From NCBI GenBank assembly GCA_000002445.1, contig CP000070.1, positions 2,080,001-2,144,000 of the forward strand: a stretch of 64,000 nucleotides of DNA, in the 5' to 3' direction. Source of the stretch: Trypanosoma brucei. Taxonomy: Eukaryota. Numbering within the stretch: position 1 is the first letter of the stretch; the number at the start of each line of letters is the position of its first letter. The notes under the pieces were generated by a model. That model saw only the letters and a list, made by a program, of their open reading frames with translations, searched no databases and was not told the DNA's origin. A program made the translations under genes and the position numbers. Below, piece by piece: positions 21,047 through 32,739 of this stretch.

Positions 21047-23002
21047 CTACGTTGTTTCAATCGTCTGCGACACCAGAAAATTATATTTCGACGCCAGCGT
21101 ACTCCAACAGCGGCTGCCGATCACATCACCATCGGACCACGAGGAGCACAGCTGCTTCAACCACGACAAAAGCAACAGACCAATCATGCAGACGGCGTCT
21201 CGATCCTCTTTCCTCAAGTCCATAACATCAGCGGAAACGGCTGTGGTCGATATCCGGGCCTGCACATGCAGGTGTGCGGTATGGTCAGTACCCATCGGTA
21301 GAATTCCTTCCGTCCCCTCCACTCCGGGGGGTTTCTCTTCATTTTTGTCAGCGTCCAATGCTTTAACCACCTGCAGTGATCCATATTGCCGAACCGTGTT
21401 GAGCGCCACAAGCAACGTGGCTTCAATAAGTGTGGGCATGATTTTCTCTACAGCACGGTTAAGTGCACGCACACTATGGCTGGCGGCTGTAGGCGTTATA
21501 ACCGCTGTGTTGGGTAATGGCATTAATGGCAGCGGTCCACGTGCCGAAGTGTTTGCAAGTACGGAAGCGGGAGGCACAAGTGAAGGGTCCGCACTCGTTC
21601 CCCTACTATTATTCCCACTGCCCGCTGGCTTATTTGCGCCCCCGCCTTGATGACCACCGTGTGATGCCACCATATTGGCCACATCTTCATCTAACAGCGG
21701 GTGTGCCCCACCGTTCCTTCCAATATCATTCAGCGTAAAAAGGTATGACAAGCACATGCAGCAGCGGGCGGCAGCGAGAAAAGCAGGGTTTCTACATGAA
21801 TTTCCACCGCTACTGCAACTCCCTGTCCTCGCAGCGACCGTGGTGTTGGTATTGCCGTTCCCCCTTGCTGCGTCGGCAGATGCGTAGGCTAGCCGTACGA
21901 CTTCATCAAGGATAAAGCTCATCAAGTGCAGTGCGGCCTTTTGGTGCTCAACTGCGAATACCATGCGCTCCGCTATGCGTTCACCATTCAGCAACGACGC
22001 AGCTAACTTACCTATACGTTCCTCCAGTGTCATCCCACAACAGGTGGCAGAGGATCCAGCAGTCGATGATGACGAAGGGGGAGCCGTAGTCGTAGTAGTA
22101 GAAGTAGTCGCCACTCCTCCCAGTTCTTCCACAATGTGGTCCATTGAGAGCAGTTTCTCCCACTTCTCCACTTCCTCTTTCCCCAGCGCTACAAAGTAGG
22201 TGCCCTCGGATACGCACATCCGCGAGAGCCACAAGGCCGACGGCTGCGGACGCGCCGCGCCGACTGCAGAGGCGTTCGAACTCCGTCCACTACCGTCTGT
22301 GGGCTTACCTTTCGTTTCACGAGGCCCTCCGGTGCAGGCACCAAGGAGGCACTCTGGCCCACTCGATATCGGCGGCGGTGGGATCCATGCGTAGGCATCT
22401 TTCCCCCGCTCAATCTGAAACGGCTCCGTTCGCCATTTTAACAACGTATCGCCTTGTAACAACGAGTACAGTCGCCAGCGGTAGTACAACTGCTGTGGAT
22501 CCTTCCACGTGCCACGCAGAAAGGCAAAGTGATGGTTGTTCGCCTCCCGTCGCATAATTTCCTCCTCCGCCGTTGGACCGCCTTGCACGATGTAAAATGC
22601 AACAAGATCGATGAAGGCTGCGACATCGACGGGAAGGTCGGACGGTACCTGCAGACACGGTGCGGAGGCTGCGATGACGTATTGCGGCTCGTCACCACTT
22701 CGGCCACTGTGATATGAACGGCCGCTATCGGAGTCACGATAGCGGTGGTAACTGCCGTGATGATAATGCCGATTGTGGCTGCCCTTCGGACTAGTCGAGC
22801 GCTCCCGCTTAGCGCCGGCACTGTTGCTCCCACCCCTGCTACCACTGTAGCCGTAGCCGTAGCTGTAGCTGTGATCACTGTTTGGCATGGGCTGATGAGG
22901 GAAACTGCTATAATGTTTGTCCCACTGTAAAGGTAGCCAAATACGTGTGTGCCTGTAATTGGCTTGATAATTTCCTTGCGCCGCGGTGTTTGCAGAGCGC
23001 AA
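21047..23002 (-). CDS. Surp/SWAP-module protein (possible U2 snRNP SF3a-like factor) with a Tyr/Ser/Arg/His-rich N-terminus
   Basis: 651 aa. Residues ~123-185 read VDVAAFIDLVAFYIVQGGPTAEEEIMRREANNHHFAFLRGTWKDPQQLYYRWRLYSL, which matches the Surp signature (..GP.FE..I...E.NNPKF.FL...DPYH.YYR.K). Confidence 0.6.
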   Translation of the reverse strand: MRSANTAAQGNYQANYRHTRIWLPLQWDKHYSSFPHQPMPNSDHSYSYGYGYSGSRGGSNSAGAKRERSTSPKGSHNRHYHHGSYHRYRDSDSGRSYHSGRSGDEPQYVIAASAPCLQVPSDLPVDVAAFIDLVAFYIVQGGPTAEEEIMRREANNHHFAFLRGTWKDPQQLYYRWRLYSLLQGDTLLKWRTEPFQIERGKDAYAWIPPPPISSGPECLLGACTGGPRETKGKPTDGSGRSSNASAVGAARPQPSALWLSRMCVSEGTYFVALGKEEVEKWEKLLSMDHIVEELGGVATTSTTTTTAPPSSSSTAGSSATCCGMTLEERIGKLAASLLNGERIAERMVFAVEHQKAALHLMSFILDEVVRLAYASADAARGNGNTNTTVAARTGSCSSGGNSCRNPAFLAAARCCMCLSYLFTLNDIGRNGGAHPLLDEDVANMVASHGGHQGGGANKPAGSGNNSRGTSADPSLVPPASVLANTSARGPLPLMPLPNTAVITPTAASHSVRALNRAVEKIMPTLIEATLLVALNTVRQYGSLQVVKALDADKNEEKPPGVEGTEGILPMGTDHTAHLHVQARISTTAVSADVMDLRKEDRDAVCMIGLLLLSWLKQLCSSWSDGDVIGSRCWSTLASKYNFLVSQTIETT

Positions 23003-23602
23003 CGCCTCCCAGGATCTTCGAACCGCGGTGGAGTGAACAACTAGGACTGGTCTAGTTGGTTCCCTTAACTGGCTCGTTAAGTTTGCAATAGAGTTTTATG
23101 GAGCGGTTAAACTTACAACCCTATCTGCAGTGAGCACTTATCGTTTCGATAGATTCACAGGTGCAAGCATTCCCGTAGTTCGTGTTCACAACCGGAAAAG
23201 AAGGGTAAATCAACAGGAAGAAAGAAACAGCAGTGACCTAACGAAGTGACGGCATCAGTAGCGTGTTACGAAGCGAAGCTACCGTGCTGGGACAGCCACA
23301 GACACGTGGTCACATATGTGTTAACAGATATTCAAACGCAAACACGGGAACACTCAATCCGTTTCACCCATGCGATCGGAACGGCAAATGCGGATGCCAA
23401 CGGCGGCTGACGAATCAGAACGAAACCAACAGCAGCACTAAGAGCATTGACAACAAAGGCGCCCCCGCGCCTTCGGTAATGCAAAATCTGATAAGCATTG
23501 TGCCTTTTGTCATTGGATTCCACCAAGGCTCAAGAAAAAAAAAAGCACCTCCCCCCCTTCACCCGAAATGCACTGAAGTAACCACAGGAGTGGCAAGCAC
23601 CC

Positions 23603-26600
23603 CTACAATCGAAGGCGGTCAATATCCTCCTGCTTGAACTCCACGCGGCAGCGAAGAACACGGCGTTTCTCATCCGGCGTAAGCTCGTTGCCACCGTATA
23701 TGAACCCCCCGCCTTGAAACGCCTTCTGGTCCTGTTTCTGCTCCGCCTCGCGTGGGTGATCCAAAAGTAGCAGCGCTGTCATGTCCATCAATTGAATGAA
23801 AGGCTCCCGCAGCTGTTCCTCATGCGCTCGACCAGTAAAGAAGGTGCGGAATGTCCGCACCTCACGGTCCACCTGAAGTGCGCCATAGGCGCTGATGGAC
23901 TTGCGGAGAAGCAACGAACGCGCCACCGATACGACACGCTTGACAAGGGCCAGTAGCAGCAAGTCGAAGGAGCGTGGGTCAAGATAGGTATCAAAGTGTG
24001 CTAAAGCAGCATCTGCTGCGGCGATGAACGCTTGCACCCATGGGTCGCTTAGTTCATATTGATAAAACACATCCTCTGTCATTTCGTAAGAGAGTGTGGC
24101 AAATGGTTCGATATGCCGCGCGAGGTGCGCCTGATAACACCGTTCCGCATAGTCCTCTAGCTTTTGTTGTATTCCTGTGGATAACTCACGGGCAGTGCCG
24201 TCCATATCATCAGCTTGTTCCGAGAAGCGTAGCACATCCTTTCCACTGAATTGCGAGCGCGAAAGCTGCCGCAACTCGTCTGCAAAGCGACGTATATATG
24301 TGATCGTACACTGTGTTGCCGCTGTCCAGCGCAGAATGCGAGTTGGGACAGTATACAGGTAGTTGTGTCCTTGCTGCTGCTGTGCCCGCTGTTGGTGCAC
24401 TGTTTGAAGTTTTTGGAGCTGTGTGGTGTGGGGCAGTGCAGTATACCTGTTCAGAGTGGGGATTAGTTGGGACTGGACAAGTTCTCCGCAGGCAATGAAA
24501 ACCGCCGAAATAATTTGCGTGGACTTTGTGTTCACCGCCCGATGCAAGGATATACGGAGAAAGTAGAAGACATCGTCTGGAAGTGTGATCGGCGCCAACT
24601 GTTGACTACTGGTGGAACTAAGAAAGTCTTCATCGATCACGGCAATCCCTGAGTTGTTCCCAGCACCACTTACGCTACTGTTCACAAGGGCACCAACCAT
24701 ACCACTGGCATCATTGCCACCGGTGTTGGCACTGCTTCCCGATGTTGTGGAATTATATATGGCCGCAGCCAATCCGGTCATCAAAGTTGCTGCTGCCTTG
24801 TTTGAGGTTGTGGATCCGTACCCCACCTGTTGCTTCGTGCTGTTATTGCCTGCAGTTACGGCAGCCGTAGTTGAAGGCATTGGGTGTTCGTGGCTGCTGG
24901 CATTAATGGCGTCTAACTGTATCTGCAGTACTTGGTGGAACGCGGCTTCAAAGTAATGCGTCTGAAGGGGAACAAAAATGGCAAGTATCTCTTGCACAGC
25001 AGTCATGAGAGGGTTATCCCGCGAGGACCACAGGGAGTCTGCCGACTGATTCATACCATCGTTTTGTTCTCGTGCTCCTCCCTCCTTCTCTCGCACCCGC
25101 TGAGTACACTCCTGCTGCTTGGACTGAGCAAAGGTCCAGTAAAGATGGTAGCAAGATACGAGATGGGACATCTCCTCCAATATTTGATCTGTACGACGCG
25201 GATCCAGTGTTGTACCGCGACTTTGAAGGGCACGGGGTTGACGCGGTGAGGTGACAGCACTCCTGCCACTGTTATCATTACTTTCCCCACGAGGTGACGG
25301 AGAGTTATTCGTACAGTCTACCGCCTGCAGTACCTCCTGTCGCTTCTTCAGGAAGTCTTTTAGCACAGGCACACATTGACTTGTTGACCGGCTGTGTAGC
25401 TCCGTCAGAAGCAAGAGAAGTCCAGCATCCCCAAACGTTTCGAGAACAAACTCCTCCTCATTTTCGAAGGTTGCTACCACCAAGTCAAGCCCCGCAGAGA
25501 CCAACGCTAAATGGCTCATGCCCGCTTCATTTGGGTCATCGATCTTTCGCAGTTCACGCTCAACCATCTTATTAAGTGCGACAATGGTATGTTCGCACAT
25601 CCACGAGCAGTACATGCAACAACACTCGTCGCGAAACCCGAGAAGCGTAAGCAGCCGCACAGTGTCCATTATTGTCTGCTTGTCGTTGACAACCTTTGCT
25701 GAGTAGAACCTCTTCATGAGTTTTTCGCGAACCGTCTGCCGGGCATTTACGATAATGCGATCCACCTCATCGTCAACCTCCCCGCGATTAGCGGTGACGT
25801 CGTTATCATTGTGTGCGGCTCTTCCACCGTATTCATCGCAACCACTGGAGCCCTTTTTCCAAGTACCCTTCCTCCTCATTTTTGCAGCTGCCTTTACCCG
25901 CGGTTCAGCCGCTGTTTCGTGGCCTCCAGCAGTCGATGAGGTGGAGGCGAGGACACCGCCCTCATCACCTATTCCCTGCGTTTGAAGCGTTTCCCCAACG
26001 GTTACTGCCGACACTGTCTCTTTTCTTTCTTCCATTTGTTCATCGGATGATAATTTCACCGCCGGCTGCACTTCTTCCTCTTCCTCCTCCTCCTCCTCCA
26101 CGCCGCTCACCACTTCCTCACCGTGTTCATCCTCTCCCTCCTCTTCACGTAGCAGAATGCGAGCTGACACACTGCGGCCACCCAATTTTCCGCTTGCCTC
26201 TTCGTACTTACGTATCAACTGCACAGCACTCTCCAATTCATCGCGATCGATCATGGTTTGCACCGCTATAACCGACCGTCTCATCTCCTGCAGGGAGTCC
26301 GCAACCATTCGCGCGGCCCGCACGCGGCTAAGAAGGAAGTCTAACTGCTTTACCCGTCTGGAACTTGACTCCGCCAAAGAGGCACTTATAGCGATGTGTC
26401 GTGCGAGCCCAGCCCCGCGATCGGCAAACTGCGGAAGCAGACCATACGAGACAGCTTTGATTTCCTCGATACTGGATGAGAGGCTTCCGCCATCGGCTAT
26501 AACACTGCGTGCGATATCCTGTGCAATGTGCTGGCGCTGCTCTGTGAGTTTTGCTACGCGCCGGAGCAAAAACTCCACGCGGTCATCAAGCGAATTCCAC

Positions 26601-26674
26601 ACCTGCTGGCTTTGCTGTTGTGGATGGGATTGGGATTGATATTGCTCCATCTGAAAAGACAGAACGACAACCAA
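23603..26674 (-). CDS. Hypothetical protein, 1023 aa, with an acidic poly-E tract
   Basis: Long uninterrupted ORF on the transcription-unit strand with mixed-complexity sequence and no motif I can name confidently. Confidence 0.7.
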   Translation of the reverse strand: MVVVLSFQMEQYQSQSHPQQQSQQVWNSLDDRVEFLLRRVAKLTEQRQHIAQDIARSVIADGGSLSSSIEEIKAVSYGLLPQFADRGAGLARHIAISASLAESSSRRVKQLDFLLSRVRAARMVADSLQEMRRSVIAVQTMIDRDELESAVQLIRKYEEASGKLGGRSVSARILLREEEGEDEHGEEVVSGVEEEEEEEEEVQPAVKLSSDEQMEERKETVSAVTVGETLQTQGIGDEGGVLASTSSTAGGHETAAEPRVKAAAKMRRKGTWKKGSSGCDEYGGRAAHNDNDVTANRGEVDDEVDRIIVNARQTVREKLMKRFYSAKVVNDKQTIMDTVRLLTLLGFRDECCCMYCSWMCEHTIVALNKMVERELRKIDDPNEAGMSHLALVSAGLDLVVATFENEEEFVLETFGDAGLLLLLTELHSRSTSQCVPVLKDFLKKRQEVLQAVDCTNNSPSPRGESNDNSGRSAVTSPRQPRALQSRGTTLDPRRTDQILEEMSHLVSCYHLYWTFAQSKQQECTQRVREKEGGAREQNDGMNQSADSLWSSRDNPLMTAVQEILAIFVPLQTHYFEAAFHQVLQIQLDAINASSHEHPMPSTTAAVTAGNNSTKQQVGYGSTTSNKAAATLMTGLAAAIYNSTTSGSSANTGGNDASGMVGALVNSSVSGAGNNSGIAVIDEDFLSSTSSQQLAPITLPDDVFYFLRISLHRAVNTKSTQIISAVFIACGELVQSQLIPTLNRYTALPHTTQLQKLQTVHQQRAQQQQGHNYLYTVPTRILRWTAATQCTITYIRRFADELRQLSRSQFSGKDVLRFSEQADDMDGTARELSTGIQQKLEDYAERCYQAHLARHIEPFATLSYEMTEDVFYQYELSDPWVQAFIAAADAALAHFDTYLDPRSFDLLLLALVKRVVSVARSLLLRKSISAYGALQVDREVRTFRTFFTGRAHEEQLREPFIQLMDMTALLLLDHPREAEQKQDQKAFQGGGFIYGGNELTPDEKRRVLRCRVEFKQEDIDRLRL

Positions 26675-27200
26675 CCTTCTTTAACTGTACCCCCTCCCCC
26701 GTTTTAATCGGTGCTCCTCTGAGTTTCTTCTTATGCTCGTAGGGTAGTACACGTAGCCGGACGTCCCCCGGTTTTCCCCCTTCCTACTAAGTTAGTGACG
26801 CAAAGCGATTGAAGGCATGAAGGGTGGAGTGAGAAAAACCATAGGAGCAAATAAAAGAAAATGCAATGATGGAAATATATGCAACGAGGGGGCGAGCAAA
26901 AAAAGTCAACTGTGTGCGCCACGCTCATAGTGCAAAAACCACATGACACCCCTATATACGCATCCTTCTTCTCCATTACTTTTCTTCCTTTTGATAAGAA
27001 TGGTCAGAGGGAGGCGGTACGCATCAGGTTTCGGAAGCGCGGAGCGTAAGTACACCCACCATCAAAGTACTAAAATATGGTACCTTCTGCGGCATATTGC
27101 CCGAAAAGAGTTCCGCACCCGCACCCGCACAGACGGGCGCACCCCGCTTTCCCTCTCCTTTTAGACAAAGACCAGCTGGAAGAGGGAAAACGGTAATACG

Positions 27201-30200
27201 TTAAGTTGTGATGGTGCCATGCGGGGAGCGCTGAGCACACGCCTGCATGAGGGCTGCGAGCACGGAAGGAATCTGAATCTGACGGCACTTTTGCTGTTGG
27301 ATGATGTCGGAGCCGATCGCGGGTGTTGTGCAGTTTGCCTCAGCACAGCTTACGAGAAAAGCCCAGAGCGGCTGTAACACCGCCTCATCAGATTGAAACA
27401 GACTCCGCGCGTGGTTCGTAGCTTGCTTTCCCTCCGTGCGCTGCCGTGTCAGCGATTCCTCACCTTTTGCCCTCCCATTGCGTCCATACGGTCGGCCCTG
27501 GTCACCCCCGCCATCAACATTGCCATCTTCATCACTGTCGTTATATTCTCCATCGTCTTGTTGCAATTCCGGGAACAGATCTTCGGTGTCCGCGTCCGCT
27601 CTCGATCCTGTCAGCTCACACCGGTCCCGTTTCTGCGCCCGGGATTTTTCAGAGGACCATGTGTCAGTCACTGGTGACGCATTTCCCAGCACAAAATCGT
27701 TACCACCACCGCTGCGTTGCTTATTCGTCCCGTCCCCACCGATACTGAAGCCACTTTTATCGCCTTTACGGGAAAGGTGTTGCTGTGCCCTCTGAACAAG
27801 TGCTGACGGAAGCGCTACAAGGGACACCGCCACGCCACTTGCACCTGCGCGACCTGTACGCCCCACACGATGGATATACCTCTGTACCGCCCCCTCTTCA
27901 CCGTCACTTCGACTGGCATTATCACTGCTCAAAGCTTGAACTACGGAGGGCATATCGTAATTTATCACCAACATGACGTTTGGCACGTCCAGACCGCGGG
28001 CTAACAAGTCGGTTGTGATCAATACCCGCCGCCCCCCGCTTCGAAAAGCGTCGACGAGACGCTGCCGCTGCACCTGCGACTGCTCTGAGTGGACGATTGC
28101 CACGGAGCGCAGATTGTCAAAAGGCGATGAGGACTGGCCATGCCGAGGCAACCGCTGAGTCTTGTGTGCCTGAAGTGCTTTCGGTGTCTCACCAACGAGG
28201 GTTTCCAGTGGGAAGGTGTCCGCCAAATTCATGAGCCGTGAAGCCTCAGCACTCAACTCGTTACCTAGGGCATCGCACGTCCGTTTCTCATTGGCAAACA
28301 CCACAATGGGTGGCGTGGCGTACACCAAGTAATTAACAAGACGGGAAAACTTTACAGGGTGTACCAATGGGTTCCTACGCCTCTCACTTACCTGTGGTCC
28401 CCCTTTCCCATTTTTCTTACCTTCCGTTGCCGGAGCTTTTCTTCCATCATCTCCTTTCACTTCCTTATTTCCCTCTTTGTCATGGAACTCCACCGTCGAC
28501 GACGTATCCGGGTCACTCGGCACCACTTCAAACGCTTGCACGATGGTGGAGCAGCTGTGCGGCACACGCACCACGACGTATCCATCGAGTGAAAAATACT
28601 TATTTGCAATCCCCTCGCACACACTACCAAGTGTTGCGGTGAACATGAGAGTTTGCCGCGGCCGCGGACAACGCTCTAACACAGCAATAAGACTCTGTTG
28701 TTGCTGCTGTTCAATGAGCATGCGATCCGCCTCATCCATCACAACGATGCCTACACTTCCAAGTGCCAATAGACGCTGCAGTAGCAATGCCTCGAGCTGT
28801 CCCACAGTTCCGATCACAACATGAGCCCCGGCTAGTAGTTCCTCGTACTGTGCATCTGCCCGCTCGCCCCCAACAATCTTCACAACACGTATTTCATCCA
28901 GTGCATTATATGGTGGGTCGTTGCTCCGCTTCCCTTCAGTGGAAGGCACGACAACGGGGCGCTCGTGCTGCAGCAGCGACTTCATTTCGTTGTCTGGAAT
29001 TCCGCTCACCAACTGTTGTGCCTCTCGCGTTATTTGATCAGCCAACTCACGCGTGGGAACCACCACGAGCGCCAGCGGACCCTGGGATGCAAATCGATCC
29101 TCGTCACATTTCCTAAAAGCGCTGCTGTTACCACCGTCGTCACCTGTCTTCCCGCTGCGGTCACCTTTGAGCCGCGACGGGGGAGACACAATTGTCGCGA
29201 GCAATGGAATGAGGTAAGCAGCTGTTTTCCCGCTTCCCGTCTCAGCTACAGCAAGTACATCGATCCGTCCGCTTCCCAATGGTGGGGATGCGTCAACATC
29301 GACACCAGAAGGTGCCAGGGCTACCGGGACGCACTGCGACTGAATGGGTGTTGGCAGAAGGAATCGCCGAGCCACCACCGTACCAAGTGCCAAAGGCAGA
29401 CGGGCTTCCTCCCAGCAGCGTATGGGTTGTAATGCTTCACCGCTGAAAGCGGTGGCTAAAGAATTTCTAGCACCAGCACCACCGCTGTTGTTGATATTGC
29501 CAGTGACGGAGGAACCGTGGCGGCGGCGAGCCACAACTTCTATGCGAATGCCTATCTGTTGACGGAAGACGTCCCACCCAGTAGATGTCATCGCCTTTAG
29601 TGGTCGTTTGCTCCAATGCAAACCGACTTGTACTTCTTGACGGAACATGTTTTCTTCGGTACTCCCTTTACTAACGGTGTTGCTGCCGCTGCTGCTGCTG
29701 CAGTGGCGTTCCTCGCCATAACCTCCGTGAATGGCTGTCGGCACCGAGGAAGTAATTGTTTTACCACTCATTCCAGTGCCTGACTGCAGCTGGGATTGCT
29801 GCTGTCGACGAAGTTTGCGAAGAAGAAGAGGGTCACGCGGAATTACACCCCTACGCGCCGCTGCTGCCGGTACGCCTGCGGTTTCCAGCAGTGTTGTCGA
29901 TACCTTTACGGCAGGTGTCGCATTTGTCCCCGCCACGGCAGATGTTTTTCCCTCGTTATTCCTTCCTTCGCGGCCAATATTGTGAGGATGCGGCCCGTCA
30001 CCATCGTTGCTCTTACGGGCAGCCTCTTCTCGTGCGTAGTTAACCACTGCCCTGTAAATGGCTGAGTTCTCAATGACTGAAGGAGGCATTAATGAATTTT
30101 GTGAGTGTTTTCCCTCCCCGCATCCGAGTGCGACAGGAAGAAGTTGCTTCTCCACCAGGTGAAGGAATGCTATATTTACATCACCTGTTGGACCGTCGTA

Positions 30201-30314
30201 CGACCTGACTGCAGGACTGGCGCCGCCAGTATTATTGTTGCATGCGTTCATGCCGCTTGTTTTATTTTTTCTTGTGCTTGGGCTTGTGCGGAGGGTTGAT
30301 AACGGGATTAACAA
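27201..30314 (-). CDS. DEAD-box ATP-dependent RNA helicase, 1037 aa, with long N- and C-terminal extensions
   Basis: Motif I AETGSGKTAAYLIPLL, Ia PTRELA, II VMDEADRML, III MFTATL, VI HRVGRTGRAG. Confidence 0.9.
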   Translation of the reverse strand: MLIPLSTLRTSPSTRKNKTSGMNACNNNTGGASPAVRSYDGPTGDVNIAFLHLVEKQLLPVALGCGEGKHSQNSLMPPSVIENSAIYRAVVNYAREEAARKSNDGDGPHPHNIGREGRNNEGKTSAVAGTNATPAVKVSTTLLETAGVPAAAARRGVIPRDPLLLRKLRRQQQSQLQSGTGMSGKTITSSVPTAIHGGYGEERHCSSSSGSNTVSKGSTEENMFRQEVQVGLHWSKRPLKAMTSTGWDVFRQQIGIRIEVVARRRHGSSVTGNINNSGGAGARNSLATAFSGEALQPIRCWEEARLPLALGTVVARRFLLPTPIQSQCVPVALAPSGVDVDASPPLGSGRIDVLAVAETGSGKTAAYLIPLLATIVSPPSRLKGDRSGKTGDDGGNSSAFRKCDEDRFASQGPLALVVVPTRELADQITREAQQLVSGIPDNEMKSLLQHERPVVVPSTEGKRSNDPPYNALDEIRVVKIVGGERADAQYEELLAGAHVVIGTVGQLEALLLQRLLALGSVGIVVMDEADRMLIEQQQQQSLIAVLERCPRPRQTLMFTATLGSVCEGIANKYFSLDGYVVVRVPHSCSTIVQAFEVVPSDPDTSSTVEFHDKEGNKEVKGDDGRKAPATEGKKNGKGGPQVSERRRNPLVHPVKFSRLVNYLVYATPPIVVFANEKRTCDALGNELSAEASRLMNLADTFPLETLVGETPKALQAHKTQRLPRHGQSSSPFDNLRSVAIVHSEQSQVQRQRLVDAFRSGGRRVLITTDLLARGLDVPNVMLVINYDMPSVVQALSSDNASRSDGEEGAVQRYIHRVGRTGRAGASGVAVSLVALPSALVQRAQQHLSRKGDKSGFSIGGDGTNKQRSGGGNDFVLGNASPVTDTWSSEKSRAQKRDRCELTGSRADADTEDLFPELQQDDGEYNDSDEDGNVDGGGDQGRPYGRNGRAKGEESLTRQRTEGKQATNHARSLFQSDEAVLQPLWAFLVSCAEANCTTPAIGSDIIQQQKCRQIQIPSVLAALMQACAQRSPHGTITT

Positions 30315-32739
30315 AAAAAAAAAGAAAGAGCAACCATATCACAGCGCACTAACAAGACAAACATCCCGAAAGAGAAAATGTGTGAAACACGTTTAGCGGG
30401 CCACAGTTCAGTTCCACTGCAATGGCAGTGTGGAAAGTGGTCAAGACATTCAGGTAAGGCAGGAGGAGTGTAGGTGGAAGAAGAAGAAGTGAATGTCAAC
30501 AAACAGGGGCAATTAACGAACAACTGAACTGAAAGAAGAAATGAAAAAAAAAAATGCGTACCTTCCAGTCCGCTCACGGAACTGCCATTAGGAAGCAGAC
30601 AAAAATCAAAAAAGGAAACAACCACCCGAAGACACACACACACACAAAAGATGTCATTTCCCACCAAACAAACGGCCCTTTTCTCGTGTGACGGCTGGAG
30701 TTGCACGACCCTTTGACCGAAGTGGGAGTGCAGAGCCGCTAAACATGCGCAGGTGACGGCGGACCGTCTGCTTACCCACTTGATAATATGTATATCATGT
30801 ACCCTCTTCATTCCCTTGTAATAAATAATATCAAAAATAATAATAATATAAAACAAGAAACGCTGAATATTCCTTATTTTTTTTCCTCTTTCGCTGCGCT
30901 TCCCACAGCACGAGGAAAGCAAGAGAGAAATAAAGCGTACCAACAACAACAACAAAAAGCCCTTTTGCATCGAGCCGGTCGGAGGCGCCAGCAGCAACTT
31001 ATTTTCCCTCTTCCTCTTCCTCTTCTTACGATCTCGCCTCTGTGCTAGCCACCGCCCATTCCCTTTTGCGAAAAAAGAAAAACAATTATCGTTTGCCCAC
31101 TTTGCTTATCACATTTTTTTTTTTGCTTCCCCAACCTCTTCCACAATTTTGGCTGCTTCGTTTTCGTTCCCTCTGCTGTAACCAGAGAAGAGGGAAACAA
31201 ATACACAAATAATAACAGTTAAACGCCCGCATGCCATAATCAAGCCATATACAAACCAGTCACGGGTGAAGAAAAAGGTAGACAAACGACAACATCTTCA
31301 CATGACCAGTGACATTTAGGAGCACCAGCAGAACAAAGAGAAAAAGGTTAAAATTGACATAAATACAAAAAAAAAACTACAACAACAAAAAACAGCACAA
31401 CACCAACACCAAAGAAGGGGAAGGGGAAGGGTAGCAATGTGGAAAGAGTCCCAATAGACACGCCCGTAATATAAAGCAGGAAGACGGTCCACAATGCAGA
31501 TGTGCGGCTATCGCATATATATATATATATATGTAATGCATACATCTACACATACATATGTCGGAAGAATGTAAGCAAAGTTGGAAGATATAGGGTAGAA
31601 AGACCGCTTCCAGGCTGTCAGCCACTAGTTTATGCACATGCACACGCAGCAAATTTTCAGAGAGAAGGTAGAAACCCGTTGATGAGGGGCTAAACGTGTT
31701 AGGGTAACGGAAGATCACGCCAAGTGTCGTAAAGCGCTGAAAGAAAAAATAAGAATCTGGAGCTTTACAGTTCAAAGTGGTCCCAGCCTACTTTTAATAT
31801 GCCGCAACCGACCGTCACGGTCGAGTTTCCACAACATCACCACCATCCATAAACTCTCCGTTTTTTTCTTTGCTTCTTGTTACCCGCTCCTTTTCTTATT
31901 CTTCTCATCATATCGGTTTGAATTCCCAACACATCCCCCTTTGACGCCATGTAAGTTATTTCTTTTTTTTATACTTCAAGCACCCGCGTCTCTCCCCCCT
32001 CCATTTTCCTTTTTTCCCTTCTTTCACATCTTTGGGCGTGCACGACGCGACCTCAGTGACACGCAAAAAAAAAAAAAGGCAAAAACTTCCAGCATATCTC
32101 ATAACAACATGCGTATGGACAAGCAAGAGGACGAGCTAAATTCGACTCTCCCCCTCCCACCTCTCAAAAAAAAAAAAAACACTAAACACTACACAAATAC
32201 AATCATATAAGCACGTAACCACACATAAATAAATAAATATATTTATGTTCATGTGAATATAAGTAATAACAGCGTAACAAAAAATGAATAAGTGTGCGCA
32301 ACCGAGGTGGAAAATGGGGGGGGGGTTGTACACCGTAGAAAATGAGCATCCTACCTCTTGAAAGAGAGTGTGACACCGCTTTTCGTCTCCCTGTTTTTAT
32401 AAATGCAAACGCTGCACGACCCCCTTGTCTGCGATTCCCGTTCGCACTAACAGCTTTGGGTCCCTGCAGCTATGATGAGGTCTTTGCTTATTCCCTCTAT
32501 GTGCAAGCTCTATAGTTCCACTTCGACTTCTCACTGCTTCTTCGCGCTTTCTCTCTCTCTCTCTATCTCGTTCTCCTCTTTTAAAGACCCTCTATCTTTA
32601 CGCATGTGTATGTGTGCGGTACGCCTGCCCCCATTTTTTAAAAATAACTTCTATTATTTCTGTTTCCTCCTTTTCACCGCTCTTACCTCTCTCTATTTGT
32701 ACCCATCTCGGTGGACATATGTGATCAGCGCTCCGAACG

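Noticed and set aside
30308-30997. 229-aa minus-strand ORF overlapping the helicase start, plus other low-complexity ORFs (17291-17695, 31377-31775, 12514-13246, 4461-5329, 39695-40018)
   Set aside because: They are homopolymer-rich (Leu/Phe/Ser from T-rich UTR sequence), lie in intergenic or UTR regions, and overlap microsatellites or polypyrimidine tracts. No domain-like sequence.
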